A stretch of DNA of 63,397 bases, the filler included, from Cercozoa sp. M6MM (taxonomy: Eukaryota; Protista; Endomyxa: Ascetosporea): the NCBI GenBank assembly GCA_040357565.1. It is 15 parts of 15 records of this genome, joined end to end, with 100 filler letters (N's around TTAATTAATTAA, not from the genome) between each part and the next. Parts side by side here need not be neighbours in the genome. Positions count along the whole stretch, not along the records: positions 1 to 6,965 come from JBDODJ010000675.1; positions 7,066 to 11,101 come from JBDODJ010001236.1; positions 11,202 to 23,398 come from JBDODJ010000383.1; 12 more parts are not named here. One strand, given 5' to 3'. Positions within the stretch are counted from its first letter, which is position 1. Every line of letters starts with the position of its first letter. Positions 1-13,637 of this stretch are shown one piece after another. A program made the translations under genes and the position numbers. The notes under the pieces were generated by a model. That model was not told the origin of the DNA. It was given only the letters and a program-made list of their open reading frames with translations, and did no database searches.

Positions 1-207
1 CAACATTCAATAAGGGCATGGTATCAAATAAGCTAGAGGGCGGCACTCGTGGGCCCGACGGCCTAGTACTCGTGGACTGCGGAGGCGAGTGCGCCCGAGG
101 CAAGTGTGCCCAGCGACGCCGTGGCCGATGCGACCGACAGGTGCGCCAGCGAAGCGAGTGCACCTCCCACTGCGGCAACAACAGCAGTACAGTACAGCAG
201 TGTAGAG

Positions 208-2089
208 TCACGGACTGACGCGGACTGAGCTACCTCGATCGAGTTGTCGCGTGAAGCGTGTCAAACCGGCGTCGTTGCTGTCGTCGGCGTGATCACCGGA
301 AGTGCCATCTGCGCGATCACTGCAACTCTCGGTGTCGACACCATCCTCGTCAGAAAGCCATGTGGTCACTCGGTGCGACCATGTACGTGTCGTGTCGTTT
401 CGGTCCAGCAGTGCCTGTACGCGCGGACGCAGCGACGCCACAGCCGCGCGGAGGTAGCCGCGGAAGCTCCCGGTTCCCGAGTGCAGTCCGTGCGATGCGC
501 ATGTCTTGCGCAGCAGTGTCACAGTCGTCAAGAAACTGCAAAGGCGGGGGGGGGGAAGGGGTGTAATTAAGGGGGTAATCTGGTACTTATTGGGGGGAGA
601 AAAAACACGGTACAAGACAAAGAGCGCCAAGCGCGCGTGTCGGCGACGCCATTTGCGCAGTCGTACCAGTCCACGTCGTTTGCGCGCCTCGGCCATCAGT
701 CGCTGCGCCGACTGCCCGCAGCACAGACTTTAAGTAAGTCAGAAAGTGGCTCCAAATCTGTCGATTTGTACCACCATGTCGGACGGCAGCTTGGCAAATG
801 CCTCGGCACACAGCGACGGCTGCAGCACGCGCGACACCAGCACTGCCACCATGCGCGACTGCCCGGGAGAAGGGGGTAAGGGGGTAAGGGGGTAAGGGGG
901 TAAGGGGGTAAGGGGGTAAGGGGTAAGAGGGTAAGGGGGTAAGGGGTAAGAGGGTAAAAGGGGTAAAGCAGGTAGAGTGGGGGTAAGGGTAAAGGGGGAG
1001 GAGGATACCGACAGGCGGAACGGCCAGGAGCGCACCAGCAGCAGCGCGGCAACGCAGAGCGCCGCATCGACGCCGCCGTCCACGCGGAACCGCAGCGCCA
1101 ACATCTGTACAACAGAAACATTTACCCCCCCCCCACCACCACCTATACCCCTATTTACCCCTTTACCCGGTCGAGACGCATCTGCTGGTCGCGCAGCGTC
1201 TGCTGCGTCTGTTCCAGTTCGGCGTCGTACTGAGCCAGTCGACGACGCGTCTCGGTTCGCTCCTGCTCGAGCGACTCGGACAGACCGCGCACTGTTTGTA
1301 CGGTCCAATGAGTACAGATAGACCAGTACAGATGGACGAGTACAGATAGACGAGACTTAAAGTACACAGATATACAAAGGGTAGTCAATGATACCTGCCT
1401 CGCGCTGACGCTCGTTCTCGCTCTCGAGGTCGCCCACCGTGTTCTGCAGCGAGTGCAGTTTCGCCTCACCGCGTCGCATGTCCTCTCGGATCACCTGCGA
1501 GTGACACCAACACACGTGTGTGTCCGCGCGGACGAAGACGGTAAACAAGCTACCTCATGTGCCTGCTGCAAACGTGCCGCACGCAGTGCGTTGGCGTAGC
1601 TGGGGGGGGGGGTAATAGGGCAAATGAGGGTGTGCGGGAATGAGGGCGGGTAAAGTACTTGGAAAAGAGACTCAGCGCGTGCAACTGCGAATTCGCTCGA
1701 TTTATGCGCATCTGCAGCATGCGTCCAAGAATACGAACATATCGAGCAAGCACATACCGAGCAAGCAGAGTGCTTGCACAAACACACACACCTGCTCCTG
1801 CCGGTCCTGCTCGTAGACGGCCAGGATACTCGCCATGGTGGCATCTGTGACACGACCGCTCATTCTCGACGGCGCGTGCGACATCCGCAGCGGCGTTCGC
1901 GTCGTTAACACTCGGTCCATCTCGCGATCATTCTCCTGCCAGTCAGAGAGATATACCGATATCGTCAGATACACACACCCCGCACCCTACCTCAAACAGA
2001 CGCCTGCGAGCGGAATCTTTGTCGCCTGTCGACACCGCCAAAGCACGCGAATGCGCGCGCTCTGGTGGCGGCGTACGAAAAAACTCCAT
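208..2089 (-). CDS. Multi-exon hypothetical protein with coiled-coil region and hydrophobic (possible TM) segments
   Basis: ATG at 2089 (MEFFR|DKDSARRRLFE|ENDREMDRVL...). Coiled-coil exons (EDMRRGEAKLHSLQNTVGDLESENERQRE; SLEQERTETRRRLAQYDAELEQ) and hydrophobic exons (AALCVAALLLVRSWPF) are separated by GT..AG introns. Last exon ends at 208. Confidence 0.6.
873..995. repeat. (GGGGGTAA/GGGTAA)n G-rich intronic tandem repeat, telomere-like and G4-prone
   Basis: About 12 near-perfect GGG(G)TAA units inside an intron of the minus-strand gene. Confidence 0.9.
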
Positions 2090-2312
2090 CGAATCCAACG
2101 TCGGCCTAGAAAAATGCACCTCAAATTCCTTTCAAGTCTCCACGACTATATTCTGCGTTTTACACCTGCCAGGACAATTCAGCTACCACTACACGCGTAT
2201 ACAGCGTCGCAGACCACCGGAAAGGCTACTGTAGGTTTCCCTGCGATCTGTGACTGTAGCCAACTATCTTTCGTGTCAATTAGTCGATTTACGCACGTCG
2301 AGCAAACGCGAA

Positions 2313-3061
2313 ATGTGTCGAACTTGCATCCTAAAGCCATACCCCGCACGAGGCGGTGTGGCACACGATACGGTGTGATCAATTTTGGACTGTTGCACAT
2401 GAGACGATGCAGTGTTAATACAAGCGATAAATACACATGTTTTGTGACTTGTGCTTATGCTGATTACTTTTGTAGGGCATCTACGTGCTAAATTTCGCGG
2501 GATGTGCCAAGTGTGGTAATCGAGACCCACGACGCGTCAGACAGCTGGTGCATGCGTGCGACAGTGACAGCGACGGGGACAGCGACGGTGAGGGCAACAC
2601 GATTACAGAGGAAGTGCAGTACGATCATGTGTGTCAGTGCGACCATCTGATCGCACCTCAGCACTTCTACTCCTACGTTGAGGGTACCAACGCTTTAGTT
2701 GACTCTGATATCTCGGGTCATTGTCGCAATGATTGCAGGCTCACGGACGCACACGATGCACTGCGTGCTGTGTGGCCGCGGCGAGCACAAGCCGGACCTC
2801 CACGTTCGCGCAACTGGCACTGTCTTACATCTTGCGGTACAAAAGCACCTGCATGGACGCTTATGGACGCACTTGAGTCTGCTTGAACAGGCCGAGTCGG
2901 AGCGAACTGAAGCGCAGGCAAGCAGTGCGTGCGACGAGATCAAGGTCGTCGAACTCAACGTGAGTTCCATGACGCACGCCCATCAGCAAGCCTTTGAAGC
3001 GCGACGACATTCGGCCAGCAGTCAGGGTTCCGAGTCGTCGTGGAGTGACGAGGGTTCTTGA
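2313..3061 (+). CDS. CHURC1: Churchill zinc-binding domain protein, 3 exons
   Basis: MCRTCILKPYPARGGVAHDT|GIYVLNFAGCAKCGNRD...EEVQYDHVCQCDHLIAPQHFYSY...HTMHCVLCGRGE matches the Churchill pattern (MCxxC..YPxRG...LNFxGCxxC..RD...YDHxC..CxHxIAxHxY...MxCxLCG). Intron 2373-2475 restores the frame. Confidence 0.85.
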
Positions 3062-3581
3062 CACAACCGAACCTTAAAAGGCAACTGCGCTTGGCTGCTT
3101 CCTTTAACCCATTTGGTTCAGCCTAACTGTTGATTGTGAGATTCACTTTTAGTGAAGACAACGACTTAAGAAAAGTAAGAATGTAACGTAAGGTGGTTTA
3201 ATTTAGTGTTCGTTCGACGTCTCACGTCAATAAACCGAAAGATAACAGAAGAGAGAAGGTTACCCCAAGGTAGGGCGTCGTTACAGTTGAAAGTGTTGAG
3301 AGGCTTGTTCGTTGATAAACAAAAGAAAACCCTCTTGCCAGTTGCTTTGGTGTCAACAAGTACGGTATCCTCGAGACCTGGAGTTGCTTCCACGCGGAGC
3401 AAGTAGTCAGCCGAGCAGGTTGTATGATGTTGACAGTAACATAACAATGCTACCGTATGTACAGTGAACTGCCGAATCAGTTTTTACGGTAGTAGTTCAG
3501 TTGGTTGCGTCGCGAATCGCGCCCAAATAGGGTTGCAGACTCGACTCGACCACGCTAGTCCTGGCGCAACCGTACCTGACA

Positions 3582-5424
3582 CTAGTGAACGCAAGAAAGG
3601 AAGCCCAGCGCACTAGTGATGTGGTCGACGCGGTAGCTCTGCGGCAGTCCGAGCAAACGGAGTGCCAAGTCGCTATGTACAAACACATTCGTCGAACACG
3701 GGAGGGAATTAAGCAAGAAGAGTTGGTACAGTTGCGACTGCGACAGCGAAAGCGACAGACACTGCAGCGAGACCACCACAAGCACCAGGGCGAAGAAGAC
3801 ACACTGCTGAGCATCGAAGGACACCAGTTGGGCCTGTGTAAAATCAGCGGGTAGGTGTGATATGACTCCTGTGTTAAAGACAGAACAAAGAGAGAAAGCA
3901 CCACATCAATCGACGGAAAGGCCAGTGACTGAATGGTGCTGTTGAGACAGTCGTGCAGTGTCTGCGCAGAGACGTGCTGACTCAGCGAAGCGACTGTCTG
4001 CTCGGCTTGTTGCAACTCGGTGCCAAAACGTCGCAGAACCTCGGCCGCCGAGCCTTGTGCCTTGTCGACAGAAACTCGTTGTCGCTGCTGCTGTGCTCGC
4101 AGCAAGGCAGCCGTGCGTTCGCCCAGCAGTCGACTCAACACGGTCAGCACAGTCAGCGGCGGCGACAGCAGCGACTCGTAGCCCTCGTTGGTATCGCCGT
4201 CGCTGTCGTCGGACAGTGTCATGTCGTCCAGGGCCGCCAACAACTCGTCGCTCGTCGGAGAGGCCGTCCCCAGAAAACGCACTCTCCTCTCCGTGCTGTC
4301 GAAGCTGCTTTGTGTTTTGCCTTGACTTACGGCACTCTGGCTCTGTCTCTGGCTCTGGCTCTGGCTCTGGCTCTGGCTCTGCCGGTCGATCACGACCACG
4401 CTGACCGATGCCTCTGACGACTCGGGCTTCTGTGCGCGTTTGCGGCGTCGGCGCACCACACGTCGCACACGTCGTGGTGCTTTCACTTCTTCGGTTTCGA
4501 CTTTTGCTTCGGCTTTCGCTTCAGTTTCGACTTTCGCTTCAGTTTTCTCAGAAGCTGCGACTTTCGCTTCAGTTTTCGCTTCAGTTTTCGTTGTTAATTC
4601 AGTTTTCGCTTCGGATTTCGCGTCGATAAGCGATGAAGCTTTGCGTTGACTCGATTCGTCGCTCGATGGGGATGTCTGAGTCTGCGTGCAGTGCAGAAGC
4701 AGTAAACTGAGCTGGAAAAACTCGAAATCAAAAGGTACGATGGAAGCGCGAGCGCGATCAGCTTCGGCAAACAGAGCGTTCACGAGTGCTTGCTGCGACA
4801 TGTTTTGCGACTGTTTTTGCGAGTCGTTTTGGCGTTTCTGTTGCCGTTTTCGACGAAACACGGACGCTTTTTTATCTTGCTGCTGTTGCGGTGTGATTCG
4901 CGCTCGAGTGCGTGTTTGGTCGGGATCGCCGCTCAGAGTGATTCCGAGCGGCTCGAGCACCTGCGCCACTCGCACGCGATCGAGAGAACGCACATAAACC
5001 TGGAAACCCAAAAATTTTAGTTTTTGAAGCATTGATGTGAAAAAACGCAGTACAGAAGAAGTTGACAGTTTAGCCACAAATGCCCGAAATCTTAGCCGAC
5101 ACTCTGGCGTACAGAAACGGAGCGTCGGACGTCCCGACTGCAGGGCTTGTCTGCATTTTATCTTTTAACAAACCATTCAGAAAACAAAATATTTTTTGGA
5201 TCAACGTACATCCGAGCGGACGCCGAAAGTGGCAGCAGGCACTGATCACACGCAAAGTTCGCACATGCGTCCACCGCGTTTCGCTCGCCTGCCACCTCAC
5301 CAAGATCCGCCGCACGCAAGAGCATCCGCGCGGACGCACACGCAGCACCAACGTTGGCCACCTGCCGCGTGGACAGCGCAACTTGCAGCTGCCACACCGC
5401 CAAGCGGAGCTCGGGTTCGTCCAT
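3582..5424 (-). CDS. RPAP2: Rtr1/RPAP2-type zinc-finger protein (putative RNA Pol II CTD phosphatase/associated protein) with low-complexity middle region
   Basis: Exon 1 has LGEVAGERNAVDACANFACDQCL; after a GTACGT..TGCAG intron comes LRFCTPECRLRFRAFVAKL. This gives the ER..C..xC...FCxxxC Rtr1/RPAP2 signature and continues into the 526-aa ORF. Confidence 0.7.
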
Positions 5425-5639
5425 CTGCCCAGAACGTTAAAAATTACAAATTCCATTGCGCCTTAGCGTTAATACCAGCTAAAACCTATTTAAAACGTAC
5501 AAAAACCTTACGGACACACGCCGACGCACAACAGGGAAGTTCTCGGGACAATTAGAAGGATTCTTCTTTAATTTTAAAGGGGCTGCCGAAGCTATAAATT
5601 ATACAGTAGCAGACTGATGGAGCTCGTTTATTGCGGCTG

Positions 5640-6590
5640 GCATCTATTTTAAGGACCCGGACCATGTGTACGGCATCGATCTGCAGGGACCGAAGTGATA
5701 GTTTCGATAAGTGGTTCCGGGTGAATCACAATAGCATGCCGTGTCTACTGTACCGCCCTTTTGACGTTCCCCAAAACAACAATTCGTCAAATAGAAGACT
5801 TAATTATTGGGCGAGAAAATGCTGCATTTACGTCCTTGTGAGGAGACCGAGGAAGACTCAACAACAGAAGCAGCGGCGATTAAAGCGTCGGCTTTGGCAC
5901 CAAAGAGAGTCCGCAGTTGCTACAAATACAAATAGATCGACCGAATAAATCACAAATGAGCAACGCCTCGATGAGCAGTAATAGATGAGCTGCAGTAGCG
6001 ATACCTGGCGTTTCTCTTGAAGAGGTTCAACCCCGTGCGCGCTGATGAGACCTTTGGCGTGCAGCTCATGAAGCAGCAACCGTGATGGCACCTCGAGCCA
6101 GTGACGCACCAGTTGGGTGGTACGACTCAGCTGTGGCGCAGTATTTCTTATACTCAAAGTAATGCTTAAAGGTTTGGTGTACCGGGAGAGCGTCCTTAAA
6201 CTGCGAGACTTCAAGTGTGCCACACAGGATACTTTGCTCAAGAGACTGAGCGCTACTCCGCATCAAGTCACTCACACTGCTCTTGCGCATGCTCGCCTGA
6301 GGCAAATGCAATAACCAAATGGACAATATACTATGTTTATATATATGCCAGGAGTACAGCTCGTTCAAGCGACACAAAGTCGGCGAGCCAGCCCTTGCAC
6401 AGACCTGTGTGGCATGCACATAGGAACCTCACAACGCAAAGAGAATCCGTTAAGCACTGTTCAGATAGGTAGGTACGCTCGCCAATGAGACGCCACAGCG
6501 AGACAATCAGCGCGTCCTTTGTGTCACTGTTAGCGCACACGAACATTCCTCCAGAAGCCAAACAAGGGCACTACAAAATCTACCCATATG
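5640..6590 (-). CDS. Hypothetical multi-exon protein (ends uncertain)
   Basis: Protein-like segments (KDALIVSLWRLIGER; WLADFVSLERAVL; LLLHELHAKGLISAHG; QLRTLFGAKADALIAA) bounded by GT/AG. Confidence 0.4.
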
Positions 6591-6915
6591 TAGCCAGTCG
6601 CGCAATACTTTCGCGACAACTGTCTGGACGCTACAGTACACAGTTTTGGACAGGTTGTTTTTAAAATATATTAGCTGTAGCCACTCTTTGGCTGAAAAAA
6701 TGAAACCTGGAACTGCGACAGTTTCTGCCAGACCTCGTGCATGCTCTCGTGCCGATCGTTCTCGTGGCTACACAGAGAGAGCTGTTCGCGCGGATGCACA
6801 TGTCTGAACACGGATGTAAAAGCTGTGAGACGCGTTGAGTGCGAGTTCGTCGACGCGTTGCTGAATCACTCGGCTCAGCAGGGTCTCTCGCACGACCTCG
6901 CGGTTCTACAGACCT

Positions 6916-6965
<50 letters not shown>

Positions 6966-7065
6966 NNNNNNNNNNNNNNNNNNNNNNNNNNNNNNNNNNN
7001 NNNNNNNNNTTAATTAATTAANNNNNNNNNNNNNNNNNNNNNNNNNNNNNNNNNNNNNNNNNNNN
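6966..7065. other. Artificial contig-joining spacer N44-TTAATTAATTAA-N44 (first of 14). Others start at 11102, 23399, 29708, 31672, 38887, 44061, 47595, 48724, 52293, 55637, 57552, 58923 and 61901.
   Basis: Identical 12-mer with stops in all six frames, flanked by N runs, each block 100 bp. Confidence 0.98.
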
Positions 7066-7603
7066 GGGATAAAGGGGGTGTGTGGGGGTAAAGCACCTCG
7101 CGAAATGTCCTTGAAGTCGATCATGGCAGCCGCAGCACCGCGAAAGTCGACTTCCACGTCGCGTGCCATCTCGGGTGCTCGCCCTTTATTCAGGGGTGAG
7201 GAAAATACCAACTACCAAATCACAAAGCCTTCTATTTACACTCAGTTGGTCTCTTGCGTCCCAGGCGAGTGTGTGCACTCTGAGGAAGCGAGTGAATGTA
7301 CGGTTTCCTCTCATTCTTCTGCTTGATGCGTGGGTGCTTGTTGTCACGTCTGTTCAAATCACTCGTTTTCTATGGCATGTATGTCCTGCAGCCTGCCTAC
7401 CTTCTCAGTCGCGCACGATGGGCCGCGATTCGGTCCAATTCCTCTTGTTTACTAGCGTCTGGCACTGTCGACACGAACTGCCACCTGAAGACACATGGCC
7501 ACACAGACGATTGATAAAAAAAAACATGCACGTCCACAATTTTGTACCGTTTTCCGCATGTCACTCTGGCCGCACCGCGGCCACCAATGGCAAGCAACTG
7601 CAT
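7066..7603 (-). CDS. 5' fragment of a gene; the end (AMIDFKDISR) weakly resembles the start of threonine ammonia-lyase
   Basis: MQLLAIGGRGAARVTCGKR (transit-peptide-like) followed by short exons; truncated by the spacer. Confidence 0.3.
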
Positions 7604-7879
7604 AACACACCGCGATCAAGGGGTGCGCGCGCAGTGTTGTGCCACTCTCGTTGTCCGGCTCAGAGCCAGAATTTGCGGCTCAGGATAGTTGTGTGTTTTC
7701 CTTTCTTTCCACAGTGGGGACCTCCTAATCTGCCAAAAACTGTGTGGAAACCGCAGGTATGTGTCTCTTGCAACAAAAGGCAAAGTATACGCGCCACTGG
7801 GCCAGAAATGTTTGCGATTTTTGGCGCTTTTCATTTTTTTTGTTTGTTTGTGTTTTTGGTAGCAGCGCAAAACAAGAAA

Positions 7880-8351
7880 ATGTCTGACTCGCAAGAAAAC
7901 CAGCCGGTGAGTTCGTCTTGAGCGACGAAAGCCTTGATTTGAGCTTTGATTTAGAGGGTTTTGCTTTTTGTTGCGTCAGGCCGGTGAGGTCGAGGAGCCC
8001 AAGCAGCTGCAGCTTCGAGTGAAGGACTCGGTACTGTGTTTTTGTCGAGATCTTTAGTTTGGGCTAACCTCCATTCCCTCCAGAACGGCAACGAGGTGCT
8101 GTTCCGAGTGAAGAGCACCACCAAACTCAGCAAGCTCATGGATGCCTACTGCACGCGTGTCGGCAAGGACAGAACCGCCGTGCGCTTCCTGTTTGACGGC
8201 GAGAGAATCAAGGGCGACCAGACGCCGGCTGATGTACTCTTTCTTTGTTTGTGATCTGTGTTCCTCGAGCAGAGAGTTGTCTGCACAGTTGGAGATGGAG
8301 GACAATGACGAGGTCGACGCCATGGTCGAGCAGCAGGGCGGCCACCAGTAA
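7880..8351 (+). CDS. SMT3: SUMO (small ubiquitin-like modifier), 4 exons
   Basis: MSDSQENQP|AGEVEEPKQLQLRVKDS|NGNEVLFRVKSTTKLSKLMDAYC...VRFLFDGERIKGDQTPAD|LEMEDNDEVDAMVEQQGGHQ*, with C-terminal di-Gly and a 2-residue propeptide. Confidence 0.97.
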
Positions 8352-8555
8352 AAAATGAAACGGAAACTGAGCGTACGATAGTCCCGGTTCAGGTTTTACA
8401 CTTAGAAACTATATCTACGGACGAATAATCGGGTCGCCGAATAGACGACTGTACGATCGAATTCGTATCCCGCGAGTCCGCGCGGAAGGGATGACCATGA
8501 CGTAAATCGTAAGTCAAGCCTGGAATCGAAACTAACCACAGGCCATACGATTCGA

Positions 8556-9588
8556 TTAACGCCGTCTGGAGCGTGAGCGCGAGTAGGAACGCCTTCGACG
8601 GCGACGCGAGTCAGAACGCGAGCGTCTTCGTCTGTGACTTCTCGAGCGATCGCGACTGCGAGATCGGCGTCGCTGCTCTTCGTTTCCCTCGTCGCTTTCG
8701 TCGCTTTCACTGTCGCTTTTGTCGTTTGCGGGTGTTGGCACCTCGTTTCCCATGAGTCTAAAGGAAAGACCAAGAGGTGAAAATTATTTCGAAAGCGAAA
8801 AAACTCAAAGAAAATAAGACAAAGGAAAGGTACTTTTTAAACAAGCCGGCGGTGAAGTCCATCGAATGGCCCTTCTCAATCGTGGTCTTTCTTTCGAGAT
8901 CGCGAATTCGCTTGAGTTCTTCTTCCTTCTGTCGCTGCTCGTCAAGCATCTTTTTGTAAGCTTTCGTGATGAAGGCAGGCTTCTCGTCCTCGCCACCGTT
9001 TTCGCGGCGCTCCTTCTCGCGTTCGCGGGCGACCATGTGTTCCTGTATAACATAAAGGTTGAGAGAAGACACACAAACCCAATAGAAAAAACAACGCACC
9101 TCAGCAAGATCGCGTTGCACTTTGCGCTCTTCGTTGGCGCGCAGCATGTCCTTCATAAAGCGCGCACCCTTCTTCTTCTTGCCCTTCTGCTTGGCCGCCT
9201 TGGCGCTCTCCTTCTGCGCCTGGATCTCGTCATACACCTCGTCGTACGAGTAAACAGTTGGGTCGGCCATCAAGTTTGCCAATTGTTCCTGCGAAACATG
9301 AAATCCCTCAAACAACAACAGAAAACAGATGTTAAGTACCCGCTCTAGTTTCTTCTTCTGCGCTCGTTCGAGCTGCTTAGCGCGCTGTTTGGCGCGCATC
9401 GCTGCAATGGACACTGCCGACGAACCCGCGCTTTGTTTTTCGCCGGTCGCGGCACTCTTCATGAGGTTCGCATCGGCCTTGGCGACGTTGTCGGCCGACA
9501 ACTCGAGTGGCTTGATTGACGCCTTCTTCTGCGCCTTCTTTTTGAGCTTTTGGGCTTTCTTGCCGCCCAATGAAAACGATATCTGCAT
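8556..9588 (-). CDS. NSRP1: Nuclear speckle splicing regulatory protein 1 / CCDC55 (DUF2040) with RS-rich tail
   Basis: ADPTVYSYDEVYDEIQ...ARFMKDMLRANEERK...EKPAFITKAYKKML; last exon is RSRS-rich. Confidence 0.85.
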
Positions 9589-9761
9589 GTTTACGGGACC
9601 AGTACACCAGCAAACACACCAACAATGCCCCAAGACGGCCAATACACTGTCAAGAAGACTAAATCGTTGTCCCGGCGCTCCGACAAAAAATTTAAAGGAA
9701 TATCTGAGCAGCTTTGGCGTACAGCATTGTTTGACGTGTCCTTCGGTGACTGTTCAAACAT

Positions 9762-11101
<1,340 letters not shown>

Positions 11102-11299
11102 NNNNNNNNNNNNNNNNNNNNNNNNNNNNNNNNNNNNNNNNNNNNTTAATTAATTAANNNNNNNNNNNNNNNNNNNNNNNNNNNNNNNNNNNNNNNNNNN
11201 NGCGACGGTGTTGTCACTGCTTTCGAGTTGGTATCCTCTGTATACTTTACCCCCCCCCCCCCCGGGTCCTCTTCTTCTATTTACTCTTATTATAATTAG

Positions 11300-12997
11300 G
11301 TTCAACAGTGGGCACAACAACGTTCCGAGAAGGAACTGCGTGTGCCGGACTGGATGGAGAGTTTCAACTCCGCCGGTGTCAGCATCGACGACTTGAATGA
11401 GGACACCAAGCAGGAGTTCGCCGTGGCCACTGGCGTCGCACCTGACTACGTGCCTCCGCACAACGAACGCATCTGTGTCGACTGGCGACACAACCTCGGA
11501 CAGGGTCCTTTGGGTTTTTATGTTTGTGGGTATGTGGGTAGATATATACCCTGTACATATGCAGGTGCCGAAGTGGACTTTGACTTTGGCGATGGACAGT
11601 TGGGCGAAACACATGAAGAACGACGCCAGCTACGCAGAGAGGTGGAAGCACTCGCTGTGCGCACGGCCGAGGCTCTCGATATGCGCATGTGCTCTGTCGA
11701 CATTTTGCGCGTGCCTGCACATGCCGATATCTGCGGTACATGCAGTCTACATCTGACATACCGCTTCTGCACTCCTTTGCACCAGGCGACGAACTGGCGG
11801 TGCTGGAGGTTAACTCGGGCGTGATGCTCGAGTCGTTGGTTAAACTGCGGCCATCATTGGAGGGCATGGCACTCACACTGGTGCACGACGTCGTGTGTGA
11901 CATGTTCGACCTGCCGCGCGACCTAGAGGGTCATGCAATGACCGAACAAGAGCAGCAGAAGCAGTGTGCCCAGGTGCGACTCGGCCAGAATGAGCCGATC
12001 GACGTCTTGATTGTGCTCAACTCGGACGAGTTGTGGCGCAGCGACACGGCCGAGATGCACTGGCTGCTGGACGCGGCGCAGCGCGCGCGCACTGTCGTGT
12101 GTGCCGACGGCGGTGCCGATCGACTGCTCTTTGCTGCTGCGCAGGTTGACCGACAGAGCGATCTGCGTATCCATCATGGTAGTGTTGCTATTCTGTCATG
12201 TACACTTATATATATATACTTATATATATGTATATATGTATATGTATACTTAAGGTGCCTGATGCAGTGATCGGTGACTTGGACTCGCTGAGCGACAAGA
12301 CACGCCATTGGTGCCGCCAGCATGGCGCCACCGTGATGCACATCGACGACCAGGACACGACTGATCTGGACAAGTGTCTCAAATGGCTCAGTGAGCAGCC
12401 GCGTGGTGCCTGCGATCGCAGCAACGGCCACGTGTTGAATGTCATCGTTGCAGACACGTGTCACAGTGCTCGCACCGATCAGACGCTCGGCAATCTGCAC
12501 TCAATGTTGCGCTACATTCACCAGGTAGACACCTGCTATCCCTCCTGTTTCTTGTGCCTTCTTCTCTTACTATCTCTGCTGGTGCAGAACAAGGACTCGC
12601 GGGTGCAAGTACGACTCGAGAGTGCGCACAACGTGTCGGTGCCTGTGACACCCGGGAGGACACAACTCTCACTCGACACCTCCTTGGTAACCTCCTTCCC
12701 TTTTGCGCTTTCACTGCTCTAGTTTGTGTCTGCACAGTACGGTCCCCACTGTGGCCTCATCCCGCTCGGTCAGCCTGCTCGCAACGTGTCTACACAGGGT
12801 CTGCAGGTACAACACCCATTGTCTTCACCCGTTTTTTGGAGTTAACCATATGTAATTTGCTGCAGTGGAACCTCGCGCAGCAACGGATGCATTTGGGCCA
12901 GGGCCTTGTGTCCACCTGCAACATGCTCGCGAGCGACGAGGTGCATATCGACACCTCCGATGCCTTGCTGCTTACTGTGAAGAAACACACGGAGTGA
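11300..12997 (+). CDS. Fusion of a RimK-like ATP-grasp domain with a C-terminal thiamine pyrophosphokinase (5' truncated)
   Basis: ATP-grasp motifs: WRHNLGQ|GA, LAVRTAEALDMRMCSVDI, VLEVNSGVMLE. TPK motifs: LIVLN, VCADGGADRL, PDAVIGDLDSL, DQDTTDLDKCL, RTDQTLGNL, GPHCGLIPLG, YTQGLQWNL, LVSTCN. LEVNSG and CADGGADRL lie in one uninterrupted ORF (11689-12270). Confidence 0.9.
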
Positions 12998-13637
12998 CCT
13001 GAAGTTTATTACTCATATCTGCTCGTCGTAGTTCGAATTCCTTTCGTTAGTATCGCAGCGCAAGCGAAGAATCTCGCACTACAAACTGAAGACATCTGTT
13101 TGTGGCATCGCCACAAAGTCGCAGCAACATCCTCGCTTACAGCTACGCTACAGTAGCTTCAAAACGTGACTTCAAAGAAGTAAGTCAAATGAATGACGAC
13201 GTTGAAAAGATCAACGAAGCTGTATCGAAGTTTACCCTAAACAGAATCAATGAAGAGATGATGCAGACGCTAAGAGCTGCTAAGGGAAACTGCCAATCGT
13301 AGTAGAAAACCCTCGTCTGCACACGTAATCACGGAGCAGGCGTCAAAGTGGATATAGGAAGGGAACAGGTTTTCAAGAGACGGTCTTGCAGCAAAAGCAA
13401 ATACCAACAGAGCCACTAAACTCCAAACTTTAAACGTTTTAATTTGCACTTGGTTCGACTGACCACTGAGTGAACAGTCGAGATCGACCAGTAATAACTG
13501 AAGGAATATTGTAGAATCTAGAACTAGCTATCGTGCGCGTAAAACACCAGTTTGGGCCCGCACTCCTGACGTTGTAGCGTGATGCGGTAGCGAGGCTTAA
13601 GCTCAAAGGCGCCGGAAGAAGACACCGACCACGGAAG

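Noticed and set aside
873-995. True telomere or chromosome end
   Set aside because: Internal, degenerate, and bounded by GT/AG within a gene
7010-7021. Recurrent TTAATTAATTAA as a biological repeat, CRISPR-like element or excision site
   Set aside because: Always centred in a fixed 100-bp N block and has stops in all six frames; it is an assembly concatenation linker
13025-13050. GTTCGAATTCC resembling a tRNA T-loop
   Set aside because: No acceptor stem, D-arm or anticodon arm could be built around it
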